Source: an uncultured virus (IMG/VR IMGVR_UViG_3300010157_000054) (Duplodnaviria; Heunggongvirae; Uroviricota; Caudoviricetes). From it: a stretch of 64,000 nt of DNA. Position numbers and translations under genes: made by a program. Positions 18,487 through 30,400 of the stretch are shown in pieces. The notes beneath the pieces were generated by a model. It did not search any database. It was not told the DNA's origin and worked only from the letters and a program-made list of their open reading frames with translations. The DNA is taken from the IMG/VR virus record IMGVR_UViG_3300010157_000054; one strand, written 5' to 3'. Each line of letters begins with the position of its first letter. Position 1 is the first letter of the stretch.

Positions 18487-21400
18487 TAGCATTAATCCAA
18501 ATAAAAATAAAGTTTCTAGTTTTCTTCCAAGATTTTATAGATCGGATTCAAATAAGAAATTTACACAGGCTACCCTTGATCAATTAGTACAGCCCGGGAC
18601 AGTTGATAAACTTAACGGTTTTGTTGGAAGAAAAAATGCTAAAGCAAGTACCGGTAAAGATATCTTTATTAAAGAGATTAGCGACCAACGGCAAAATTAT
18701 CAATTAGAACCAGGAATGGTTATTAAAGATGCGTTAGATAATGTAACATTTTTTAAAGACTATATTGACTATATTAATCAACTTGATGTATTCGGTGGCA
18801 ATGTTAAGAATCATGCCCGTTTAAATAAGCAAGAATTTTATTCATGGGATCCTCATATTGACTGGGATAAGTTTGTTAACTTTCAAAATTATTACTGGTT
18901 GCCATACGGCCCCGATGTAATCGCCATAGCCGGCCAGCAACAAAAAATTGAAAGTACATATACTGTTACTGTTGAAACAGAAGGTAATAGTTTTGAATAT
19001 GTGTTTACTCCTAACGGGTTAACTCGAAATCCAACAATTAAATTATATAAAGGGCAAACTTATAAATTTGAAATTAATAGTCCCGGAAATCCGTTTAGTA
19101 TTAAAACTGTTAGATCATTAGGCACATTAGACAGATATAAAACATTTGGATTAGATGGTGTTGCGGTTGAAAACGGTACAATTACCTTTACAGTCCCAAC
19201 AGATGCCCCGGACGTATTATATTATGTGAGTGAATCAGATATTGATCTCGGCGGAGTATTCCAAATATTTTCAATAAATGAAAATACAAAAATTGATGTT
19301 GAACAAGAAATCATTGGTAAAAAGAATTACTCCCTAGCTAACGGCACTGCCCTTAGCAACGGAATGAAAGTAAAATTTATCGGCGGCGTAATGCCTTTAT
19401 CATACGCTTCTGGTGAATATTATGTCGAAGGCGTAGGTACTGCTATTATTTTAATTAACGCATCAGAGCTGGCACTGATTAGCGCATACACTCAGTCTGA
19501 ATCAATTTTATTTGATTCGACGCCGTTCGATAATATGCCGTTTAGTGATGCTACAGCATTTGCTGGTACTCCTGATTACATTGCGATCAATAGGGCTAGT
19601 CTAGATAAGAATCCATGGTCTCGTTATAATAGATGGTTTCATATTGATGTGGTTAATTCAAGTGCTGCATTTAATAATAAAATTCCCAGTCTTGATCAGA
19701 ATGCTCGAGCAGTTCGACCAATTATTGAATTTGAACCGGGACTAAAATTATTTAATTTTGGACTTCAGTCGGTTGCTGATATCGATTTGATCGATACGTA
19801 TACCACTGATGTATTTTCTACAATTGAAGGGTCGTTAGGGTATAACGTTGACGGAATACCGTTGGTTCAAGGCCAACGAGTATTGTTTACTGCTGACAGT
19901 GATGGGTTTGTAAATAATAAAATTTATAAAGTTGAGTTTATTGATGTATTGCATCTCAATACAGGTAGTCGACAAATACATCTTGTTTTAGAAACTGAAC
20001 CAGCGTTACATAATGTTGTATTAGTTAAACAAGGTACATCGAATGTTGGTAAATCATATTGGTTTGACGGAAGTACCTGGATAGCCGGCCAACAAAAAAC
20101 TATTTTAAATCAACCACCGTTGTTTGATATTGTTGATGATAACATTGTTAGTTATGGTGATACTAATGCGTACGAAGGTTCTACTTTTAAAGGAACTAAA
20201 TTATTTTCATATAAGATTGGCACTGGCGCAGCCGATGGTAAATTAGGATTTCCGTTAACCTATAAGAATATTAGTAACATTGGCGATATTGTTTTTAATT
20301 TTAATATTTTAACAGACACATTTAGGTATAAAGATTTAGCGAATGTCATTGATAAAAATATTAACGTGGGATATCTTACCTTAATATCGCCTGAAACAAA
20401 AGCTATCAAATACGCCAACGGCTGGAAAACTTCCTTAGCAACACATAATCAAGCAGCCATCAGGATTTATAAAAATTCAAATTTAACAAACAATTTTGAA
20501 ATTGATATATTTGATAACAAGGACGATTTAACAGACTTAGTAGTACGTTTATATGTTAACGGTCGCCGCCTTGATAAATCATTATGGACGATAGTAACAG
20601 GACCAGTTTATAAGAAAATAGTACTAACAACTGACATATCTATAGACGATGTGCTGACTATTAAGACATTTGCTAGACAACCAATCAACACTAAGGGTTA
20701 CTACGAAACCCCGATTAATTTACAAAATAATCCATTAAATAATAATCTTGCTGATTTTACATTGGGCGAAGTTATTGATCATGTAAGCTCTATAGTTGAT
20801 AATGTAGAAGCATTTGAAGGAAATTACCCAGGCGCAGGTAACCTTAGAGATTTAGGCGATATTACACCTTACGGCACCAAGTTTGTTCAACACAGCGGTC
20901 CAATGGGACTAGCGTTATATCATATTACTAATCAAGAAAATAATATTATTCGCGCAATCGAAAATGCTAAAAATGATTATAATAAATTCAAAAGGAATTT
21001 TATATCAATCATTGATTCTTTAGAAGTATATTCTACAGATGTAGTAACACAAGTTAACTTGATTTTACAAGCAATTAATAAAGACAAGCCTGCTAGTGTG
21101 GCATATTATTTTAGTGATATGCTAGGTTACAGTGCTAATCAATACAATGAGTATCCGGTAATTGATTATAGAATACAATCATATCCGTTAGTATCTACAT
21201 TCAGCCTAACTAACTTATCAAATCAAGCAGTTTATATATACTTGAACGGAACACAGCTAGTATACAAAAAAGACTATACGTTTGACGGTCAAGGATTTGT
21301 AGTTATTAGTGCTACACTACATAATGACGACACTATTGGTATTTACGAATACGAAAATACTGACGGATGCTTTATTCCACAAACCCCTACTAAATTAGGA

Positions 21401-24400
21401 ATCTGGCCAAGGTACGAGCCTAAAATCTATCTTGATACTAGTTTAGTAACACCGCGCACGATGATACAGGGACATGATGGTAGCCAAGTACTGGCCTATG
21501 GTGATTATCGTGACGATTTAATATTAGAATTAGAAAAAAGAATTTTTAATAATGTAAAAGTTGAGTATGACGCTAGCATTTTTGATATCAACGATTTTCT
21601 ACCAAGTTATGTTAGAACCACTGAATATGACCTAACAGAATTTAACGAAGTGTTATCAACCCAATTTTATAAGTGGACTAGATTAATTGATAGAGATTTT
21701 ACCAAACCATTAAGCTACGACAGAGAGAACAGTCTTACTTATAATTACCAAGGGCATACTGCGATTGACGGAAGGTCAGTTCCGGGATACTGGAGAGGTA
21801 TATATCGTTGGATGCTAGACACTGACCGCCCTAATCTATGCCCCTGGGAAAGTTTAGGATTTACGATCCAGCCAGCATGGTGGGAGACCGTATACGGCCC
21901 GGCCCCTTACACCCGAGATAATTTAGTACTTTGGCAAGATTTAAGTCAAGGACTAGTAAAAGAACCAGGTAAGCCAGTAGTAATCTTAGAAAAATATGTT
22001 AGACCTTTCTTGGCTAATAGTATTCCTGTAGACGAAAACGGTAACATCTTAGGACCAATACTGTCAAATCTAGTTAACGGTCCGAATACTGTATCAATTA
22101 GTAATGATTTTGTTTTTGGAGATGTTAGTCCGATAGAAGCGGCATGGCGTAGAGGTAGCTACTATCCGTTTAGCTTTTTAATAACTGCCATGTTAACTGC
22201 TCCGGCAAAAACTTTTGGTTTACTATTGGATCGTTCAAGAGTTATTAGAAATTTAACCGGACAGCTAGTGTATAAAGATACTGGACTACGTATTCGACCA
22301 ACCGACGTGGTACTGCCTAGTATATATTCTAGTACAACTAGAGTACAGACCGCAGGTGTAATCAACTATATTATTGATTATGTCCTTAGCGATAATTTAA
22401 GATCTTACACCGACTACTCGTATAATTTAAAGCATCTTAATATGCAGCTAAGTTATCGATTGGGTGCGTTTACTAGTAAAGAAAAATTTAACTTGCTGTT
22501 AGACAGTAAAACCCCTTCAAGCTCGGGTAGTGTTTTTGTCCCGCAAGAAGACTATAATATTATTTTAAATGTTAGTAGTCCTGTTAAAAAAATTACGTAC
22601 AGCGGCGTCATTGTTACTAAATTACCAGACGGCTTTGAGGTCAAAGGCTACAGTCAAATACAACCATATTTTAAATATTTTCCATATATAAAAAATGGAC
22701 CAACAATTAATATTGGAGGTATCTCAGAAAGTTTTTCAACGTGGACTGCTGGGGAACAATATGCTGTTGGCAAGGTTGTAAAATATAATAATCGTTACTA
22801 CAGAGTAAAGGTTTTTCATGTATCGAGCAGTGTTTTTAATGAAGCATACGTTCAACCATTAGGCAGCTTACCAATTATTGGCGGTCAGGAGGCTGTGTTT
22901 AGAACAGAATGGGATATCTCTGTAGAAATTACAGTACCATACGGCACAAAATTTAGAACTATTCAAGAAACTGTTGATTTTATTATTGGATACGGCGAAT
23001 GGTTAAAATCCCAAGGATTTATATTTGATGATTTTAATAATAACATTGCATTAATTACCAACTGGGAAACCAGTGCCAAAGAATTTTTATTCTGGACAAC
23101 ACAAAATTGGTCTTCAGGACAAGAAAAATGGGCTGAATGGACACCATTTACTACGACTGAATATCAAGAAATTATTCGTTATAATGGGGACTATTATCAA
23201 GCTATTCGCAAATCCGTATCAGAAAATTTATTCATAGAAGATGACTATGTAAAGCTAGACGGGTTAAGTACGGTTGGCAGCTCAGTAATATCATTAAGTC
23301 CGTCTGCTAGTAAAGTAACTTTTAGTATACCGTACTCAGTAGTAGACGATATTAAAAATCCGTTCCACGAATATGAAATTTTTAAAGTTGACGGATCGCC
23401 AATGCCGCCTCGACTAATTAATTCTTATAGAGAAGATAATGCTGTAAGTTATGCTTCTGTTACAACTGATGGTATTTTTGGCGCAACGTTTTTCTTAGTA
23501 CAAAAAGAACAAGTGGTATTAATAAACAATTCTACAATGTTTAATGACACAATCTATAATCCAGAAAGTGGTTATAGACAGGAGCGTATTAAAGTAGCCG
23601 GATATGTAAGTACAAACTGGTTTGGAGGATTTGATGTTCCTGGCTTTATCTTCGACCAAGCAAATATTCAAGTATGGTCCTCATGGACAGATTATGCGCT
23701 AGGCGACATCATTAAGTATAAAGAATTTTATTATAGCGCCAATCAATTTACACCGGGTACAGAAACCTTTATACCGAGTAACTGGATCAAATTAGATACC
23801 AAGCCGACTCCTCGATTAATACCTAACTGGACATATAAGGCTTCACAATTTGAAGACTTCTATAGCCTAGACAGCGACAATTTTGACATCGGCCAACAAC
23901 GGGCTGCACAGCATTTAATTGGGTACCAAAAGCGCCAATATCTTGAAAACATTATTAAAGATGATGTTAGTGAATACAAATTTTATCAAGGTATGATTAT
24001 TGAAAAAGGTACACAAAACGTTCTTAACAAATTGTTTGACGTATTAAGTGCCGAAGGGCAAGAAAGTATAGTATTTGACGAAGAATGGGCAGTGCGTGTT
24101 GGACAATACGGTGCCAGTGCTGCCTTTGAAAACATTGAATTTATATTACCGGAGAGCTTGTTTAAAAACAATCCTCAAGGTTTTGAACTGGCAAACAGTA
24201 CTGATACTGTATCGCAGGACTTTATTATTCGCCAAACACCAAATGATGTTTATTTAAAACCATTAGGTTATAATAATAATCCATGGCCTGTTGTTAAAAA
24301 CTACACTCCGTATTTAAGGACCCCTGGGTATGTTCGTCAACATGAAGTTACTGAGGTACTAATAACTCTTGACGATATTGTTAACAGTGACATTGATAAG

Positions 24401-27400
24401 ATTAATAACGGTGACTACATTTGGTGCGGGTTTGAAGGCCGTGAATGGAATGTATACAAGTATGTACCTTCTAATTTCACAGTATTAAATGTAACATATG
24501 ATCCCGGTAGCAGTGAATTATTTTTAGAAACTGACGCCCTTGTAAAATTACGACCTGGGGAATATATTGGTATTGAAGGCGACAAAAATCTCCGGGGCAT
24601 CGAACAAATCACATTTAAAGGATTTTATAAAGTTATTCGTTTAGAATTAAATGTAGTAGTACTGTCAGCATCTCTTAAGTCAGCTCCAAATTTTGCTCCT
24701 AATTTAATTATACCAGTATTTGTACTACAATCTCAACGGGTATCGAGTATTGACACGGCTGATTCTATAATTACATCTCAACCAACCAATGGCGACTTGT
24801 TATGGACTGACAATTCCGGTGACGGAAAATGGGCTACTTGGAAATTTAATAATGTATACAAATCTACACAGATTGCCGGTTACCTACCAACTAAGGGATT
24901 AGAATTTGGTCGAACTATTGCGGTAAACAAAGGCGGTAATTTATCAGCAATATCTTCAGGTAACGGCGATGTTTTAATTTATAGTAAATCGGTACCCGGC
25001 GTGCCTTGGTCTACAACTCAAAGAATTAGCAAACCGTTCACATCGTTAGGATTAGATATTTGGTCGTCTGAAGTATCCTATGCACAAGGTACTATTGTAT
25101 TTTATGTTAATGGATGGTATCAAGCTAATGACATTGTTCCAGCAAGGGTTACCCCACCGAGTAGCGTTGCCCATTGGACTAAAATTTACTTTTCAGATGT
25201 TGTAGCATTATCTCCAGACGGTACATGGCTTGCCGTTGGAAGTCCGTCGGCTAGTAATGTGTCAGTGTCAACCACAATATCTGAACTTATTACAGTTAAC
25301 AGATCCGGGACACCATCTGAATTGACCAATCAAGGGGTTGTATCTTTATACAAAAAAAATAATGCTGACTTATTTTCTTTGGTCGATACATTCACTAGTC
25401 CATCTTCAGTTGATAATGAAAAATTTGGATCAAATCTAGTTTTTGGTGATAATGTATTATTTGTTGGAGCGATTGGTCGAAATAACAATGCTGGTCGAGT
25501 TTATCAGTTAAACTACACAGCCGTACCCTATGCTACTGTTTTGTATAACCCAATCGGTAGTATTGATGCTACGATTAAAACAACAATACCTGTTGGTACC
25601 GTAGAAGTAGGCATGACAATTGTTGGCACTGGATTTACTAGCGGACAAAAAGTTAAACAAATTTTAAGTCCAACATTATATGTACTAACAGCACCCCCTG
25701 ACACGACCCCGTCGGGCCGCCTAAGTTTTGTAGTTACTCAATGGGTATATGATAACAACACTGGGATAGGCACTGGGGCGGCGCCCAATGATCAATTTGG
25801 TTATGCTATTAATGTTAGTGGAGATTCGTCTACCCTGGCAATCTCAGCGCCCGATGCGGAGTCGGTTCATGTCTATAAGAAAGTATCCGGAGTATATACA
25901 TTAGTTCAAACAGTAACCGGAACTGATTCACGATTTGGAGAAAGTATTTCTTTATCGGACACTGCCGAATATCTTGCGGTTTCGTCAATACTAGTCGATG
26001 ATAAAGAAATCGACCAAGGCGCAGTATTTGTTTATAAAAATATAAATGGATCTTTCATCACATATCAAAACCTTACTAATGTGATGCCAGAAGCCGCAGA
26101 ACATTTCGGAAGTAAAATATCATTCATGAATGACTATGGTAGTATTGTAGTGTATAGTACTGCTGCCGATACTTTTGTTCCGACTACTTTTGATACTGGC
26201 ACAACTACTTTTGATGATAAATTAACAAAAATTATAACTCGTCAGCTCAATAGCGGGCGTGTTGACATATACGATCGATACGCTACTAAATGGGTATTCA
26301 GTGAAAGTTTGCCAACAATTAATTCTGAGTATGATTTATACGGTGCCAGTGTAGTAGTTGGCGCTAACCATGTATTTGTTGGGGCTCCAAACGCGGTTGA
26401 TCGTACACTCCGTGCTGGTATTGTCTACGAATACAGCAAGCTAGCCAACACTTACAGTTGGTCAATCTTACATAAAGAAATTAATAAATTAGATTTAACA
26501 AAAATTAAATCTGCGTTTTTATACAATAAGAAAACAAACAAACTGCTTACATACTTAGATGTAATTGATCCAGTACAAGGAAAAATTCCAGGCGTTGCTG
26601 AACAGGAAATTAAATTTAAAACATTTTATGATCCGGCAGTTTATTGCTCGCCAATAGGAACTGCGATAGCTGATAAATCAGTTAACATTGACGACGGCAT
26701 GGCCTGGACCAAAGATCAAGTCGGCATGTTATGGTGGGATTTAAGATCAGCTAAATTTTTAGATAGTCATGATAACGATCCTGTTTACAGAAATAGTACA
26801 TGGAGTACTTTATTTCCCGGAGCATCAATTGATATATATGAATGGGTCGAGTCGACATTATTACCAGCCGCATGGAACGAACAAGCTGATACTGATGCTG
26901 GTATCACATTAGGAATCAGCGGCACCACACTATATGGTAATAATGTATATAGTTACGAAAAACGGTATGATAATGTAGGTAAAGTTACAAAATACAAATA
27001 TTATTATTGGGTAAAGAATAAAAAAACTATCCCAAACATTATCAATCGTAATATGTCTGCCCAAGACGTATCTAATTTAATATCTAATCCAAGAGGCGAG
27101 GGATATAAGTTTGTAGCATTGACCGGAACTAACTCTTTTAGTTTATTCAACATATCAAATTTATTAAAAGATACTGATGTTGTATTATCTGTACAATATT
27201 GGATCGCCGACCATATCGATCAAAACATACATAGTCAGTGGAAAATAATTAGTAGGAATAAAAATACTGTATTGCCAACAGCTATTGAAACAAAATGGTT
27301 TGACAGTTTATGTGGCAAAGATCAGCAGGGACGATTAGTTCCTGACAATAGCTTGCCTCCTAAATTACAATATGGTATTGAAAATAGACCTCGCCAAGGC

Positions 27401-30400
27401 ATGTTTGTAAACAGATTTGAAGCATTAAAACAATTCTTTGAAAAGACAAATTTAATTCTATCAAGTACACAAGTTGTAGGTAACGCTGATTTATCTTTAT
27501 TAGATTCTTATGATCCTGAACCTAACATTAATTTAGGGTTATATGATACTGTATTTGATACTGATGCTGAATTAAGATTTGCCAACGTTGGCGCATTTAA
27601 ACAAGCAGTCTTAAAACCAGTCATAGTAAACGGTTCAATTGTTTCAATCACAATCATTACTAAAGGTAACGGCTATGTTAATGCCCCGTATCTTGATATC
27701 TCAGGCACAGGAGTTGACGCAAAGATCAAAGCAGTTATAAATGCTAAGGGCCAGGTAGTTAGCGCATCAATTATTTCAGCAGGTAAGGGATATGATGATA
27801 ATACAACAGTATCTATTAGAACTTACTCCGCATTAGTACATTCAGATACGCAGGCTTTAAATTCATGGAGCATTTATTCATATGATTTGTCTACACTGAC
27901 TTGGTCAAGAGTTCAATCACAAAATTTTGATACTAGAAAATATTGGAAATATATTGATTGGTATGCCACAGGATACGGACAATATTCGTTGATAGATTTT
28001 GCTGTTAACACGTTTGTTGAGTTAACGACCATTGTTACTAATATTGGTCAAATAGTTAAAGTTAGAACAACCGGTGACGGTACTTGGCTGTTATTAAGAA
28101 AGTATGCTAACTCGACAGCAGTTGATTGGACTCAAAGTTATGAAGTGATTGGTATTCAAAATGGAACTATACAATTCTTACCTGAATTGTATAGATTTGC
28201 TGGAACACCTTACGGCTATGACGGTTCGTTGTATGATGGATCAATATTTGATAATTCTGCCGCTCGGGAATTAAGAAATATTTTAATTTGTTTACAAAAA
28301 AATATATTAATTGATGAACTAAAACAATACTACTTAGACTTATTCTTTGTATGCGTTCGTTATGCGCATTCTGAACAAAACTATCTTGATTGGATTTTTA
28401 AAACAAGTTTTGTTAAGGCACAACATAATGTCGGCGAATTAATACAAAAGGTCACATACAATAATGATAATTTAGCAGATTTTGAAGCATATATTACTGA
28501 AGTAAAACCTTATAGAACAAAAGTTAGAGAATACATAAGTTCTTATTCTAAAACAGATACCAGCGAGTTATCTCTAACTGATTTTGATTTACAGCCAACG
28601 TATCGCTCACAGAGTCAATCTACAATTGAAACCAAAGTAATTAACGAAGCGATTGAAGTTGATGATAGTTTAATATCTTCATACCCTTGGAAACACTGGG
28701 CAGATAATGTTGGGTTTAAAGTTACTGAACTTAAGATAGTTGACGGAGGAGCTGGATACCACTTGCCTCCAATAATTAGAATCGCTAGTAAGTCTGGAAC
28801 AGGAGCAACTGCCCGAGCATTTATTTCAAACGGTAAAGTTAATAGAATTGTGTTGTTAACGCCCGGTGCTAGTTACTTAAACGCTCCAACAGTTTTAGTT
28901 GAAGGCGGCCTAAATGAAGGCGGCACAGCTGCACAGGTTGTTGCTTATATAGGAAACGGAGTTGTTCGTTCTAGTCTAATTAAAATGAAATTTGATAGAC
29001 TCACACAAAATTATTTTATTACAAAATTAGAAGAGTCTGAATCTTTTACCGGAACAGGTAGTCGTTTACAATTTCCATTAAAATGGTCTCCAGATATTAG
29101 AATTGGTAAATCGTCTGTGACAATTAACGGAGTTGATGTGCTACGTGACAATTACAAATTACTGACAGTTAAATCAACAGTACGGGGTTATACAAGTTAT
29201 TCTGGATCTATTATTTTTACAAAAGCAATAGCTAAAGATTCTGTAATTTTAGTTTCTTATTTAAAAGATTGGGGATTACTAAATGCAGCTGACAGGATTC
29301 AGTATTACTATAATCCACAAACTGGTGATTTAGGTAAAGATTTGTCACAATTAATGACCGGAGTTGATTACGGTGGCGTTATAATGAACGGTCTTGGCCT
29401 AAATGTTAGCCAAGGGTGGGATAGCACACCTTACTATACTGACAGATGGGATAGTGTTGATACTACTTTTGACGATTATATTGTGTCGGTAGCGGCCAAT
29501 ACTCACGTGTTTACCTTGCCGTATGTCCCTGAATCGGGGGTTGAAATCAATACGTATCATATTAAATTGTATCAACAATCATATGCTGCCAATGGTTTGG
29601 ATTATCAGTATGACGTGGCTGCTGGGTCATTAAAGGTAGTGATATCTAAAACTGTTACTACTACTGTACAGAATATTGCAGGCGGATATGTTTTATCAGT
29701 GCCAAGCACAACCGGTATCAACATAAATGATATTATTACAACCAGCACCAATAATACCTTTGGTTATAACACAAAAGTCACTGAAATAATTAATTCGACA
29801 GCAGTACGACTGGATCAAATTATATTTGGAACTATTGGAATCGGCAGTGCCATAGTTATTACCCGCACATTAGTAAAAAATATTGACTATGTAGTTAGTA
29901 TAATTGGGCTTGTATCATTAACACAATCGGCACCCGTAGGCAGTACAATAACAATTAGCTCGCCATTAGCTCCTGTTAGATTAGATCCAACAGTTGTTCC
30001 GACTTTTATTGGCGACAATGACGCGGATGTTATTACAATTCCTAGCGGATATACTGTAAATGCTGGCGATGAATTTATTTTCCGTAAGAGTACTAGTGAT
30101 GGATCAATTAAACCTCAAGAAGCGGATTACGATACTGCCCTTACCGGCGGCAATTTAGCATATAGTTCTGCTACTGGATTGAACGCAGAAGATATTATTG
30201 TTGACGGTGACGGATTTGTTACGCCTACAACTAGCCCTGCCACAGAAGAAGTCGTTCCGGGTCAAATTTTTGATACAGTTGCTATTAAAGTATACGAAAA
30301 ACCCGGCGCAGGTTCTGCCAATATTAAAGTAGATAATTATGTTGGAAATAACAGTCAAGTTGAATATGCGATTACTCAGCAAATCAATAGTCCGCAGGCT